A DNA stretch of 58,826 nt, the filler included, from Dugesia japonica (taxonomy: Eukaryota), in NCBI GenBank assembly GCA_001938525.1. It is 5 parts of 5 records of this genome, joined end to end, with 100 filler letters (N's around TTAATTAATTAA, not from the genome) between each part and the next. Parts side by side here need not be neighbours in the genome. Positions count along the whole stretch, not along the records: positions 25,370 to 36,844 come from MQRL01592784.1; positions 36,945 to 48,827 come from MQRL01589187.1; 3 more parts are not named here. The stretch is one strand, 5' to 3'. Positions within the stretch are counted from its first letter, which is position 1. Every line of letters begins with the position of its first letter. A model generated the notes under the pieces. That model saw only the letters and a list, made by a program, of their open reading frames with translations, ran no database searches and was not told the DNA's origin. Positions 26,390 to 42,200 of this stretch are shown here, one piece after another. The translations under genes were made by a program, and so were the position numbers.

Positions 26390-27504
26390 TTCGATTAATC
26401 GGAAAATTTGACCGGTTAATCGACTTTTTTATTTAAAAAAAAAAGAAAAAACATTAACAATTGAATAAAGATGAAATAGTTAATTATCCAAATTAAATTT
26501 CGAAGAGACTACATTTAGATCGCATGAATGCACAACTTCTTATTGGTATCATAGGGAGCATAGACATAATTTACTAAAAAATTTGAAACCAATATCCAAT
26601 CAAAATCAAAACACTTCAAGGCCTCCTATGATTACTTCATTTCTTTCAAAATCAAGTACATTTTCTCCAGAATTAGTATTGACAAACCTTACAACTATTG
26701 CTAGTATACCATTTGGTACATTTGCAAACAGTGATGAAATGAAAAATGGATGGAAAGCTCAAGACTTAAATTACTATTAAATGAGAGAGTGATGAGANAG
26801 GCAGTAATTAAATATGCAATACAGNTTCAAGAAGTAGTCAAAATCAAGTTGAAATTATTGATTGATACTTATGAACGATTTTCTTTAATATTAGACGAAT
26901 GAATATCCAAAATCTAGTATAAAGAATAGAAATTCAAATGTAAATGTTTGTATTTTTCAATATGTGATCATACTTGATATTTATTTTCTCAAATATTTCG
27001 GAAAAAATATCTTTCAAATTCTTAGAAGTTTGGAAATATATTTCTAGTTTAATTTTTCTAGAACAGGAAAACAGTAATTTGAATTAACATTTATTCGATT
27101 CTTTCAAATAAATTATTACTCTTTAATTAAATATTTAAAAAGTAATAACTCTCAAGGGTTTTTTATGGTATTGATAAATTAATTAAATCAATTTAATATA
27201 AAAATATTTCAACCAATAAAAAACAAACAACAGACGTTTTGAATATTTTTAGATTTATTGAGAAATTAAATGAAACTAGAAAATTTTTTTCAATACCTGA
27301 AANATTAAAAATGTCAAGAAAAAATTATGATAAATAAAATTTATATTTACATTATATTTATTTATTTTGATTTTATTAAAAAAATCAATAATAATTTATT
27401 ATTATTTATAAATTTATAACAAAATTAATCGATTTTAATTGATTAATCGGTAAAAGAAATTATCGATTAATTTTTTCTAAAATCGATTAATCGGTCATGC
27501 CCTA
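26390..27504 (+). mobile_element. Internally deleted hAT element with CGATTAATCG subterminal repeats
   Basis: Transposase fragment ..RFSLILDE; right end ..CATGCCCTA (reverse complement TAGGGCATG). Confidence 0.6.
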
Positions 27505-28539
27505 ATAATAACCTGTTAAAAGAGAATAAACTATGCATTTAATCATTCATGAACTAATTGTCTTATATTTCTATGAAAATCATCTGTAGCGATAACGAAT
27601 AGTTTAATAATGATGATAAAGTGTAGGGCGTAAAGCTAGAATCCACTAAATTTATTATTCATAGCTTACCCATAGAAATTATAAGCTGCAATTGTATATC
27701 GGTACTAAGTCGTATTAAACTATTAGTGATATTTGATTCATAAATATTCTGACTGTTTCACGTCTATTAATGCCCGTGCTAGCAAATGAAAAGACATTGT
27801 GAAAAAGATGCAATAAAGAGAACAATGGGCGAAAAAGAAAGAAATAAGTGAATCGAAGATTTTTTTTGAATAAATATTTGCGTTTTAATTTGCTAAAATT
27901 TAAGAATTCAGAATTCGAATGGATTGCACCTTCAAGAAAGATTTGATATTCAGACGACGAATTTCCACTATGGCCCACTGTTCTTGGTAAACGAAAGACA
28001 CGTCGTGAAGAGAGTGTCAAATTCTTGACGGCTTCACGGTATTATCTCCCAGACATGCAAAAAATCTACGAAACAAAGAATTTATAAAACCTCGAAGCCC
28101 AACACAAGTATTCAAAATTTCTAAATAAGATATACTTGTAACATTTATGAAGGATTTTTTTCATATTATTAGATTGGAAGGAAATAGGTAGAATGTAATT
28201 CTAGATATATAATATAAGGTGACTGAATATTGTCAATACTGTAATCAGAAGGACTTGGTCATCGCACATAATTAAAAAAATAATGATTTTGAAACAAGAT
28301 AATACCAAAAAGAACACTGCAAAATTAACAAAATAGAAGGTTTGAGCTTAGTTGGACCGTTTTGAAACAGGCTCCATACTTACTTGATAAAGCTTCTTCG
28401 AACTATGACAGATTTAAAAATTTGTAACATCATCTACCTGGCTCTAAATTAAAAGATAAAGCTATTTCTGAAGTTCATTCTTTTCTATATTCTAAGATTC
28501 AAGATTTCTTTAAAGGGATTTACAAGTTGATGGAACATC

Positions 28540-29250
28540 AGCAGTATCGGGAGAAAAGGGTAGGTGAAACAATGTTTCCCAACCTAATTCTTTGTTTTTT
28601 TCTTGGATGATTCGGGTACTGCAAAGTCCTGTATTATCATGCAGAAGAATGACTTTATTTATCAATCCTGGGCGTTTTTCATTCAAAACTTCATTTAATC
28701 AATTAAGTAGAGCATAATAACAACCATCATTTATGGTTTGATTAGATTTCAGAATCTCGTAATGAATGATTCGTTTGAAATCCCGCCACACTGACAGTAA
28801 AACCCTTTATCGATGAAAATCTGTCTTAGGAGTAGATAAAGATGTATTCTTGGTGAAAGCTATTGTTTTTTCATATATGTGGATTGCTGAATATAATATA
28901 CTTTTCATTCCCAGTAACAGCTTATTGATGAAAAGAACATCTACCAAAAATGGACAAAAGGACACTACAGATTGTTAAGCGTTGAATTTTGTTTACAATT
29001 GAAAGTTGATGTGGCACCCAGATTCGTTGTTAAGTTGCTTTAAAACCCGTTGTATTATTGACCATGAATTTTTAAGCTTTGTTTCTGATCAGCTTCAATT
29101 TCTGCCAACAACGGATCCTTATCAAAATCAACAGGTCTTCCAGGTTCCATACTGTTGAGATCATGTAAAATCAATGATCATAAATAACTATCAAAATATG
29201 ATATTTTGAAATTAGGAAAAACGACATAACATATGAGTAACCCTAATATT
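28540..29250 (-). mobile_element. mariner transposase remnant
   Basis: GRPVDFD, VTGNEKYI, LGWETLFHLPFSPD. Confidence 0.8.
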
Positions 29251-31927
29251 TAAAGGTTTCTTTATTTTGATATTTTATCATACTTATTATGAAACCAACT
29301 AGACTACTATTACCTCTATTTTCCTCTATACATTTCATCAATTCTTTTTAGATAGATGCATATTTATATAACTATTGTTACGTAATAATATTTTATTAAA
29401 TAATTCTTAAAAGCTAACATATATAACGAAGATAAAATTCTTTAAACAACACCGTTTTTTAATTATATTTATTTTTTATTAAATATTTATAAACAAAGAT
29501 GTTTTGTTTAAAATTTCACAATAAAAAAGTAAAATGACCAACATTTATAATATTTTTTGAACGATTAAGCTCATTAACCATGCAGAATCCATTAGAAAAT
29601 TTTAGTAAACATTCTAGTTCTAACTAAAATTAAGTATGAAACTATTTTGTGCGGGGAATAATAAATAAAAATGAAAATAAATGTACAAAATGTGTTAAAA
29701 TCATTCTTTGTTAAAAAGGCAGCACCAGTGAAATGCATACTCACTTTAAGATAATGCATAACATTATCTTACAAAAAAGCAGAAAGTATTATAGAATGAA
29801 AATTCAACCATTCCTACAAATAACACAACTTTAATTATTACTAAAAATCCAAGAATTTTAATAACAGATTATTCCTCATAAAGATTAAAATTAGTTGTCG
29901 ACAGTGTTGACTCGTTTAACAATCCTTGGTGAGATATCATTTAATACCAAAAAATAATTTTCGTCAATTTTCAGATATTCTTAAATCTTTAGACGAAATT
30001 TCCAGCACAGTAATGTATTGCTGCGACAAATCAGACAAAAAATGACAAAATAAATATTTAAACATAAATCTTCATTCAGCAGATACTTTTTGGCATTAAG
30101 AATTTGAGTTGAAATTTATGGATGAATTTCTGCTGGAAAATGTATTAACTTCAAAAATAAATTCAAAAAGTATTGATAAACATTAAACGTACGATTGAAT
30201 TTTAAAAGAAGAATTCGATTTTATTTTTTATATAATAACGGTATTAACTATAATTGCACTTACAGTTGAAAGTTTATGCTGTCAAGATACTGATATGTAC
30301 AAGATAGACATCGCAATTCAATTCATACTAGACGAAAGGAATAAGTATCTAAATTCCTTTAGTTGTGAGCATAAAGGCACTTTAATACAGTGTATTGCAG
30401 AACACCGTCTTAAATACGCGGTTTTTTTAGTTTTCTCAAAAACACTGTAATTTATGGCAAAGAACTGGAGAATTATGGAATATTTGACCAGCAATAAAAA
30501 CCAGTATTACAGTCACAAATAGTTATTTTAGTTGAAAGACAGTATCCGTCTTCATTTGATTTAATAAATATAATGAGGACAGCATTGTTGAGGTTAATAT
30601 TTTAGAAAACACAAGCAATGAAGAACAAAAACAATTATCTTTAAAAAATATTCAACAAATGCTATTAGAACAGACATTTTAAATGCATGATAATATTAGT
30701 TAAAAGAAGTCAAAGCAAGAACTTGTAAAAATTATACAAGCACAATTCAAATATTTTGAATTTGAAGAAATTAAAAGCAAGTATTTAAATATTGTTGAAA
30801 ATTATTTATTATTATTATTATTTATTATTAAAAAAAATCTGTTCGATCTACAAGTATTGAGACAGAAAGAGCTTGGGCGACATCGGGTAATTTCATGACG
30901 ACAATTAGATCGATGCTTTCGGATGACAGCATTAATAATTTGTGTTTTTTGAAAGCTTATTTTATTGATAGAAAATAAAATAAATAACTTAAAAAATAAA
31001 GCAATGTTGCTATTCTTATTAATTTTATAAGTNNNNNNNNNNNNNNNNNNNNNNNNNNNNNNNNNNNNNNNNNNNNNNNNNNNNNNNNNNNNNNNNNNNN
31101 NNNNNNNNNNNNNNNNNNNNNNNNNNNNNNNNNNNNNNNNNNNNNNNNNNNNNNNNNNNNNNNNNNNNNNNNNNAACTATGTGAAATTGGATAAAATGTC
31201 ATGATTTACTAAGTTTTCAAAGCAGAATAGTAGGAAGGCATTGGAGAAAAGATGTTCATCAAGCACACAAAGGCCTAGAGAAGTTCTGAACGTGAAGTAA
31301 AAAATGATGAAAGAAATAAAATGAACAATACATTTATTAATGACTTCTTTCAAAACATAATGTTGAAAGAATCTAAATTGTCACAAGTAATTTTTTAAGC
31401 ACGAATTTAAATTTGTGTTTTCCATTTTTATTGTTTTTTAAATAGTTTTTAAAATGTAATTTTATTCTAAATAATTTTCAAAATAAAATAAATTTTTTAA
31501 TTGTTTTTACCACTTAGTTTAAGATAAAATATATAAAGAGGCGCCATAGTTGATATTTAGCAAAGTCATTGCCAGGGTTCTGCCTAATACGACTAATGAA
31601 GAATATTGTAGAAATTCTGAAGAATGAAAAAAAAATGAAAATATTCAAAATACTACTAAACCAAAATAAGAACAAAATCTATACGTCTCCGAGTAAGAAA
31701 TCTAAACAAAACAGTGTTGAATTCATGAAATCAAACAACACAAAAAGTGATATATAAAATAAAATACGTAATACATATCCACGCACGCAAACACCAAATC
31801 AATAAATAAATGTCAACATTATTTTTGAAAAGTCAATTAGATAATATAAAAAAAAAATTTTTTATTTCAATTTTCAAATTTAACGGCATTTTTATTTAAA
31901 TTTATGATTTTTAGATTATATATCTTC

Positions 31928-33982
31928 ATGAGTGGAAAAAACGTTATTAAAGGTAGAATTACCAAAATGCAAAGAAAAACCATCTCCTTGGAAATTAGAC
32001 TAGATGCTTTACGGCGATTTGAAAAAGGAGAGAAAGCAGTAGATATAGCTAAAGCTCTTGGTCTGGCTGCAATAACTGTCAGAACCATTGAAGTACGAAA
32101 TGAAAATAAAATACGGGAAGCTGCAAAATCGGTAACCTCCATAGATGCTAAGGCAATAACTCGTGCGAGGAGTGGATTAATGATCAGAATGGAATCGTTG
32201 CCTATAATATGGATTCAAAATCAGATTGCACAGAAAATTCCATAAAGTAAAATGGTCATTCAAACGAAAGCGAAAAGCCTATTCGATAGTATAAATAGTG
32301 AAGCATCCTGTAACAAACNNNNNNNNNNNNNNNNNNNNNNNNNNNNNNNNNNNNNNNNNNNNNNNNNNTAGTATAAATAGTGAAGCATCCTGTAACAAAC
32401 CTTCAATCAATAGTGGTAACGACAAAGATGAGAAATTTAAAGCTAGTCAAGGTTGGTTTGAGAGATTCAAGGATCGCGCTAAACTGCATAGTATAGATCT
32501 CAAAGGAGAAGCTGCTAGTGCTGATATCATCGCCGCTAATCGTTTCCCAATCGATTTAAAAACATTAATTCACGATGGATGCTATTCATCAAAACAAGTT
32601 TTTAATGTTGACGAGACTGGCTTATTTTGGAAAAGGCTCCGTAAAAGAACTTTCATATCTAAAATGGAAAAATCTGCATCAGGTTTTAAAGTGAGCAAAG
32701 ATAGATTGACTCTTCTTCTGGGTGGTAATGGCAATAGATATTTTAAGTTTAAACCACTCCTTATATACCAGTCTGAAAATCCTAGAGCTTTGAAGGGTTA
32801 TTCAAAGGATCGGCTTTCTGTCCATTGGCAATCAAACAAGAGAGCCTGGATGACAGCGGCGCTATTTTAAAACTGGGTTTCTACATGTGCTATTCCTGAA
32901 ATTAAAGCTTATTGTGAAGAGAGAGCATGGACTTTAAAGCTTTGATTTTAGTAGATAATGCTCCTAGCCATCCAATCTATGTTGATGAATCATCTGAAAA
33001 TGTTAAATTTGTTTTTTTGCCACCAAACANNNNNNNNNNNNNNNNNNNNNNNNNNNNNNNNNNNNNNNNNNNNNNNNNNNNNNNNNNNNNNNNNNNNNNN
33101 NNTAAGTTGCTGTTAAGTGAAACTGATGGACAAGACAAACCTACCATGCAAGAGTTTTGGAAAAGATTTAACATTATGAGTGCTATGGAAATTATGTCAG
33201 ATTCATGGAAGGAAATTAAACAATCTTGCATGAATGGTGTTTGGCGAAAAATGTGGCCAGAATGTGTTCACAATTTAAAATGGAATACTTTGGAAGCTAA
33301 TGATGCACCTAATGTAGTTCCTAATGTAAAATCGAAATTCTGATTTTGAGGGAATGGATAAGTTGGACATAGAAGAGTTGCTAACTTCACACAAACAGGA
33401 AATGAGTAACGAAGAGTTAATGCAACTAGATTTACAGTCAGCTAACAGAGACAACAATCCACCAGAATTAGCTGAAAAAAGAAATTTAACATCAAAACTG
33501 CTTTTCAGGGCCATGGGTTTAATTGATGATCCTATTGAGATTTTAAAAACAAACGATCCTGACAGTGAACGAAGTGTTAAAGTGTCTTGAGCAATACCTA
33601 ATGATATAAATTGTTACAAGGAACTTTATACTGATATAAAGAAAAAAGCTGTTCAGCAAACCTTAGACAAATATTTTGTAACTAAAAACAATTTACCCTA
33701 AATTGCTAGCATGTTATCTATACACTCGTTGGACTAATGAAATTATTTATAATAAATTTTATTTATTTAAATTATGATTTTATATGAATTAATGAGATTA
33801 TTTTATTTCTGTTATCAATTCTGCATCTTTTTATCCAAAATCACAAAAAATTTTTTTTTCTGGAACATATCTTCTGTATTTACATGGCTTTCTACAGTAA
33901 AGCACAATTCACTTAGCGTCGTTTCATTTTGCGTCGTGTTTTTTTGGAACCTACATGCAACGCAAAGTGAGGTATTGGTGTA
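31928..33982 (+). mobile_element. pogo/Tigger (TIGD1-like) DNA transposon, disrupted
   Basis: psq HTH RKTISLEIRL, CENP-B HTH FKASQGWFERFK, DDE motifs NVDETGLFWK, LVDNAPSHP, FLPPN; stops; ends at TA. Confidence 0.93.
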
Positions 33983-34149
33983 TATATATTTATTTATTTT
34001 TATATTTATGTTAATATTTGAATTTGTATTTTAAGTTATTTGACAATAGAGTTCAAAGCGCTTCCGAGATTAGTGGGGAAACAAATTTGCATAAAAAAGT
34101 TAATTATCAATTTTTATTTATTATTAAAAAATAGTATTTTTAAAATACG

Positions 34150-35650
34150 AGTTTACTTAAAGATGTATCAGATAAACTCAAACTAAGTTTGCTGCAAAAT
34201 TGCTTGCTACTGAAAATTATAGCTCAGAATCAATAGAAGTAGACTTAATAGTATGTATAGCATCGGAAAGAAGACATATTTTCTGTAAACTTACCATTTG
34301 TTCTTGATAGTGAAAATTCCCGCCGAAGCTTTAAAAATTTATCTGTTTGTAAATATTCAAGTGCGTTGGCAATATTCAATCTGTTTCTTAATTCCTCAAG
34401 AGACAAATATTATTTAAAACCAGAAAACACTACTTGAATTACTATTTCAGTGGCAGTTTTTTTGTGAAAGAGATCGTTTCATTAAATCAGTTGCAAAATC
34501 AATTGTGGACTTAGATGGAATCATATTGTGATCATTTAACGATTTTATTAAACTTATAAATTTTGGATTTAAACGCTGATCAATGTAGTGATTAATAATT
34601 TCGAAAAGATTAACATTTATGTTATTTTTCTGTTCAGACAATTTATCTCGCATAAATATAATTGTTAGAATAGTAGTTATTAAAATTGATTTCTTTTCTC
34701 TTAGTATTCATTGAGACTTTAAATTGCTTGAGGGTATCGAATAATAACTTAAAAAACTAACTTAAATAACTAATATTTAGTCCTTGTAATAAATGTTGAG
34801 ATTCTAAGTCTGCCAAAGTATCGGTGATGATAGCAAATGTGGTTTAAAAATTTCAAGCACCTTCACCATCGCGTTCCATCTTGTTTTACAAGACAAAGTT
34901 GTTGTTCAATCATAAAACACTCAATTAATCTTTTCTTAAAGGAATCGTTTCGAAACAGTGAAGATTTGAAGTCTTAAAAATTTTAAGGTTTTCTTATATT
35001 GAATTATTCTGGAACTTCATGTTTTTGATTTCACATTCCTCATCATCGCTAATATTATCGATATAATCAAGATTCTCACTGCTTATAATCTCTGTGTATT
35101 ATATTCACTGCAGATTTTTGGAAAGTTTTTATAACACCCAAGTGTAAACCATAATTCAAACATACTTAATAAAAAAACACGATTATTCTCTACAATATTT
35201 AAGCATCACAGCAGCTCCATACCATGTTGCCCTTATTATATCGTGTTCATAAGAAATTCCAAATAATTTTTCATATTTTTAAGTTTTCATCATTTTTTCA
35301 CTATTACAACTTCTAATAAATCTTATTAGTCCGAGATTAAGATTCTTTGATTTAAATCTACATAAATTTATGTTTAAATAAGATCGATTTGCTGTGCTTG
35401 TTCATTTATCAAGTGTAATTGTATATTTACGAACTTCTAACAATTCATTTTCAATATCCTCTTTATAGTGAATCTTAATATTTTCAGCATAATTTTAGAT
35501 GAGATTCATTACGCTAGTTTCATTTTTGGAAGCCTATAACCTCGAGCTGATATTCACTGTCTCATAAACTCTGAATTTATAAATTTTCAGATTGTCTATC
35601 CATCGATAGTTTCTAACTTTGAAACGATTTTTTCAAGTGAAAATTTTAGA
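34150..35650 (-). mobile_element. hAT transposase remnant
   Basis: YTITLDK*TS..RSYLNINL, GAAVM, CLNYGLHLGV, KTRWNAM, STSIDSEL*FS; many frameshifts. Confidence 0.8.
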
Positions 35651-36844
35651 TTTGTGATTATATTCTTTGGATATAGAATTGATAACATTTGATTTCTGAA
35701 TATATCTTATTAGTTTGCTTAGTAGTAACATGAATTAAATTTCTTTCTATTCTTTTCGTTAATTGTTACTTTGACTTAGGATTACATTTCTTAGAATTAA
35801 TTGAACTTGCTTATTTGATAATTTTATTCTCTTCATTTTTATTTTGTAAATTGAATATCTGCGGTTTATTATCAACAGTTGCAGTGTAAGATTATTCCTT
35901 CAGAAATTTCTGGGTAAATAGATATTTTCGTTATAATGAATTTTCTAAAATCGTCTGCTCTATCAATAAATAACTATGTCAATAATTCTTTCTTATTAAT
36001 AGTATATTAATTTTTGTGTAAAATTATAATTAATAGTAGTTGTACGACAAGTATATGCCCCGATGTGGAATTCCGTCAACTGGAGGGGACATACCATATC
36101 TTTTGGTGGATTCAGCACGACATGTTGCACCAGAGGGATATGAAAATTAAGTGGTTAAAGAACAGAGTTAAGTAGCAAGAAGAAGAATGGAAGGTCAAGT
36201 GAACAAAATCCAAAGAGTTGAGGAAACATCGTGAGTAGGAAATCGGACTACTATTAGGCAAAATTTCACACAACTTCAAACAACGAGCGTACATCACCGA
36301 GGTGGTGGTGCTTTTGTAAAGGTCTTTGGAACATGAGCAACAGGTTTGGCACCTGCTATCACCTATCGACGATCTGTTCGAGCAACTCATTCCCAAAAGA
36401 ATTGGCACTACCGAAGAATTTATAATCTTGGAAGTGGATATTGACGTATTGCACGGAAAGAATCTTTTGAAAGTTTCTTAAAACCCTTGGAGCCCAACAG
36501 TTCTTCAATGATTAAAGAGCCACAAAATATTTTGGATCAACATAATTATATCACTTTGGGGGTACAGAAAGTTTTGTTAAAATTTATTATAAATAGCTTA
36601 ATTAGGTTATCCTTAGCTAAGTGCGAAGCACTCTTTGCCCACTTCATATACACTGATTTCAAAATCATTATAGTGTACATTAAAATGATAACCAAAATTT
36701 CTTGGTATATTTATTAATCATATAAAAAATCTGAGAATATTGTTAGAATTTATAAAGATATTTAAAATTTTGAATTTCGGATAATTGTAAACTTGATTTG
36801 GAATATAATTTTTCATTAGTCAGATAATTCTTCTATTTATTAAT

Positions 36845-36944
36845 NNNNNNNNNNNNNNNNNNNNNNNNNNNNNNNNNNNNNNNNNNNNTTAATTAATTAA
36901 NNNNNNNNNNNNNNNNNNNNNNNNNNNNNNNNNNNNNNNNNNNN
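36845..36944. other. Artificial contig spacer
   Basis: 44N-TTAATTAATTAA-44N. Confidence 0.97.
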
Positions 36945-38444
36945 ATAAGGACTATTTGGTACGACAGAACTGTTACCCATCCATAAACTACCGACTAAAG
37001 CTCTTTACACTAGATAGCTGCTGACATTTGAGATCGTCACTTCGTTGAAGTTTTTCAGGAATTTCTTTTGCAAACATCGTTCTCCATGCATAGAGAGTGA
37101 TGATTATTGGCGCCGCATGGTCCGAAGGTTTCATTTTTTCAATTATCTCAATTCATAATTTTTCTTGTTAATTCGTAAAATAACTTTCATTGAAAGTTTT
37201 AAAATTATCATCATTGAAGTTAACCATTTTTGAATATTTTTCTTTGTCATTTTCTGAATAATTTTCATTAAATCTTTCAAGTTTTTTAAACTTTAAAAAA
37301 TTTTCAAAGAGAACAAACAAACAAACCACTCAGTTTTTTATACCTCAATTGAAATTTTTAAACCTAAAAAAATATAACAATTTTTAAAATGATTTTGAAA
37401 TTTCTGAATAATAATGAGCATCACGTAAAAACAAAGAAAGAAACAAAGACTACTTGGTTTTTAATATGCTAATTAAACAATTTAAAAACTAATAAAAAAT
37501 CACAGTTTTTAAAATTGTTTGAAATTTTTAGAATATTATTGAGCATCACCTACAAACAAACATACAAAACTGGTTTATTCATAAAATTATTATTGATTAA
37601 TGTACAAGAAATTTAATAATGAAAAATTCTCTGATTTTTTCAGTAAAAAGTCTGTGTTCAATTGTAAAAAATTAAGTATACTGTTTCCATGTTTATTGAC
37701 AGCAATTTCGTTTTCATTTTAAAATTTGGTTTTTGAGCACCGAATTTATAAATTTTTGACCTTCATTAAAATATAATAATTATTCAAAGTAAAACATTGG
37801 TCTTACGTATAAATTTATTAATGAATTCCTTAGAAATGCAGATATCATATGATTTTAAGGTACTTACGTATTAACGTCACCGCAGCAGAAGTTGTGCTAA
37901 TGCGCCAATAAAGAGCAATTTTGTTGTTCGCACACAGCAACATTGTTGTTGGCACGCGCACACAGTTATCTGATTTTTGACGCCATTTTTGGTGGTATAG
38001 GTAGAGAAACAAAAGATTCGTTTGTTGTCATTGTTATTATAACATAATATTCAAATTGAAAGCATTGGCTTTATCAATTCGTTATTAAAAAGTTAATCTC
38101 TTTTATTTAATGTTAATTGAATAATTGTATTTGTACACGAAACCATAATTTTCAAAAAATTATTACTATTATTATTATTAGCTAGGGAAAATGTAATAAA
38201 AATATTATGACTGCACAATCCTAAGCCTTTAAAAGTGCCTAAACCTAAAATTAACAAATGTTATTCGAGAAATTACATATTATTTATCAATTTGAACGTT
38301 CGCTGAACATTTTTTTGATGATACACGTAATGAATAATGTGAATAATTAATTTTTTGGGAAAATTAATGTATTATTTTAATTGTTGGATCATTAGGATCT
38401 CTAATCGAGTGCTCACTGCGCCTATGTGATAGTCTGTTACGGTA

Positions 38445-39213
38445 TATTAGGTCACTTCATAAATTTGTGCGTATTATATTACATGTTTGATTATTCAATT
38501 CTTATAAATATTAAACTAGCAAAATAAACTTGTTTTAATAAATTCAATCATATTTGTAATCTAAATTCATGTGGTAATATTATCACTAAATTTTTTAAAC
38601 ATAAGACGCAAATAAATATTCTTTTAGAATGGAAATCGAAAATCACTACAAACACCATGTTCTCTATTTTTTGTTTTCAGGTTACGAAAATGCAACTTCT
38701 GCAGCAAAGAAAATTAATACATAAGAAAATTATCATACTTGTTAATATAACTAACCAAAGTAATCAATGCAGAAGTCTATGGTCAACAACTATCACGTTT
38801 AAAAACTGCAATTCTTGAAAAACGTCCAAAATTGATAAACATAAAAAAATTGTAATCCATTATGATAATGTTCAACCACACTTTGCAAAGAAAACTCTAG
38901 AGAAAATTACTAAATATAATTGGAAACCTCTTCCGCAACGACCTTATTCACCAGACATTATTCTAAGTGATTTTCATTTATTTTTATCTGAGAAAAATTT
39001 TATTCAAAGACGAAGTCGAAACAAAGTTGTTGGGATTTTTTGCATCAAAGCCAGTGTTCTTAAATACATATGGTATTAAAAATTTCCTCTAAGATGGGAA
39101 AAGATTGTATAAAACTATTGAAAAAATTGATCATTGATTAAACCATGATAATTTTTTATTTATATTTTTATATAAATTTACCAATTCTCACGTATTTATG
39201 GACTGAACTAATA
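38445..39213 (+). mobile_element. Internally deleted mariner with both TIRs and TA TSD
   Basis: Left TATTAGGTCACTTCATAAAT, right ATTTATGGACTGAACTAATA; INAEVY, HYDNVQPH, PYSPDIILSDFHLF. Confidence 0.88.
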
Positions 39214-42200
39214 TATTTATTTGTTCTGTAGTATCCAGGATTGGCACCACGTTTCTTTATTTTAAATTTAATAATCGGTTAAATTATATTTTAATTAATT
39301 AATTTATTATTAATTAATTTTTTTAATTAATTTTAATTGAGCTTAATTATAGAGTTTACAACAAGAGTACCAGAGTACTCAAAAGCCCTCTACTTTAATT
39401 AGTTAGAGGTTAATTTAGTACGCAGTAATTCGAAATTCTATTATTTAAAAAATAAGTCAATCTAAAATGGTTATTATTGGTTATTGCGATTATGATAAAT
39501 TTTGGTAAAAATGTTATTTGACAATACCGACTAGAGTTAAAATCAGCTCATTTTATTTTGATTCTTTTATTTTAATGTAACCTAGATTTTCAAATTAAAT
39601 TCATTATTTAAATTATTTTATTTAAAATTATATTTGCTATACTTTAGGTAAGCTCTTTGTTAGATGAGTTTGGGTAAATCATCGAAGAATCGAACTCACA
39701 ACTAGCTTCCATAAAAGATTTATTCACTAAACAAAAACTATGAATGTAAATTCATTTTTTTCAAACACATTTAAAAATTTATATTCGAAACGAAAAATAA
39801 AAAACATCAGCGTTTTGAAAAATATTACACTAATTCCGTTTATTTTAAATTTTAATAAATAAAGTAAAATTTAAAAATACAGTAAAAAATATATTTTGTT
39901 GAAAATCAGAAATTGGATAATTTTAAAAATTACAATAAAATTATAAAATTTTAATATACATTCAAATTAAAAATTTTATATTCAACACAAATTATAAATT
40001 TTAAAAAAAAAATTAAAATTCATTTGTTTTTAACGGTTAATTTTAATATTTATTTTACAAATTATTTTAATGATTCAATTAAATTCCGTTTCAAAATACA
40101 AAATATCTAAATCTGCCTTAAAAAATTATCTTACAATCTTTTTACATAAATTAAACATGTCTAGAAAGTTGAGAAAACCTTTTTATATTATTTTATTTTT
40201 TAGTTTTATTATGCATTCCTAAATTATTTTAAAAAATCTGAAAAGACAAAGCTTGATATTGTTGGGGTTCCATCTAGAAGACTCAAGTTACATTTATATC
40301 TAGAGAAATGTATCCGGTGAAATCCCGAGAAGAACTTGATCCAGCGTCCTCGATCTGGATTTTCAGAATGGAGCTGATGATTCGCCACTCGCAGTTGGAG
40401 TGCATGCTGGAATTCCTTTGATTCCGGTTCTAACTCTCTCGATACTCGCTTTGATAAATCATAATTTGATTATTGATCCTTTATCCTTATATCCTTTACT
40501 CAACCTAATATTTATCGGCTAACATCTCGTTAATGGTGGAGAATTCTTCTCAGGTCTCGCTTCTGCGGTCCAAGACGTATTTCATAATGTCAATTAGCAT
40601 TTCTTCTATAAATTTTGTGAGTAATGGGAACATCATAATATTTATCGTTAAAGTTGCAATTTTTGTGATTGTTCACCCTAAGGGCGTCTACAAATTTTTA
40701 TCATGTACCATGTTAAACTACTCCCCTCTTATGGCTTTATAATAGTATCTATAATTTGAAACCTCTTGAGTCTGGTAGTTAGAGTCATTATTTTCGAATC
40801 AGTGATTTATAGGGGATTTAGTTTGGTACATCACTATTAAAATCTTAATAGCAATTTCCATTATCACCATCATTTTTAGTGTCGTATTTTGAGAGATAAA
40901 TAATACCAAGTGTCATCAATAAACAATAATTTGGCCCGTCATGACCCACAATAATTTAAGTCAGATAAATATTATCAGGTCCTTAGTTCATAGGATTAGT
41001 AAGTTATTATTATTTTTAATTTTACTATCATCAATAATATCTATCCCCATCAATACTTATTCCTATCACTTATATCCTTAATCACTATTGTTATTAATTA
41101 TTGTCATTATTAATCATTAATCAACGCGAATTTTTATTATTTGTTACCGTTAATCATTCATGGTTATCATTATTAATAATATTTAATCATTATCATTAAG
41201 AAAATTTAGTTCAGCGAATATCTCAAACCAAATGAATCATTACTATCAATGAAAAATTAAAGATAGTCATTACTAATTGTAAGTATGGTTTGAGACAGTT
41301 GACTTTTTTGATAGTTCAACCTAACTTGTTAACGAAAAAATTAAATAAATAATTTACTTAACTTCATAAAATAAAAGAGGAAAATTTAGAAATTTAAATT
41401 TAATCTTAAACCGTCTTCTTCTTTTCCTTGTTATATTTCTTTTATCGTTATTGCATAAGTTTCTCTGTATCTTTCTTCCATTTTTACTTCTTCCCTTCCA
41501 TTTATAGTTGATTGCTAACTGTTAATTTCTCTTTATGCGTAAACTCCTTCTTAGACCACTTCTTTATGTAAGTCTTTTATTCACTGGTTTTTATCTTTTG
41601 TTCGTTTCCTGGATTACTCATCAATTTTTTTCTTAATGGTTGATTTTTAGGTGTTTTACTCTGACAATGGTATAATTATGGAGTACAATCAAGTTGTAAG
41701 ATGACAATACTATTGGTTTGATTAACCATCTGAAACAGTAACACCAACGGTGATGAATCAAATTCGGAGCCGTCAACATATAATTAAAGTGAAAATAATT
41801 GTGAGTTCCATAAATAAAAGAAAGTTATTATGAAATTTTATCAACAAATGCAGCAGGAGATTGATTTTTGTTCGTTCTATAGCAATAAGAGCCGCTATTA
41901 TAGTATGTCAAGAAGCTATAATGTTGAGATACTTTGGGGGATTATTACCAAAATAAATCAACAATGAGTGAGTTTATCAATTAAATTTTGTAATTAAATA
42001 ATCTCTATATATTATTGTTATGTTTTTTCAAATAGATGTCTTAATTTGTTTGATATAGATACTATGATAGTATATAGTAGACATTATATGAAATTGAATA
42101 ACTATTACTTTAAAAATATTCTTTATTCAAATAACTGTCAATCGCAATGTAAAGTTAAAAATAGCGATTCATTATTTTTCTCTAGATTGTTCAACTCAAA

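Noticed and set aside
29900-30120. Possible Harbinger transposase N-terminus (RFKEYLKIDEN..ISPRIVK), and a possible piggyBac tail near 4730-5050
   Set aside because: Too short and degenerate to support without an HMM search.
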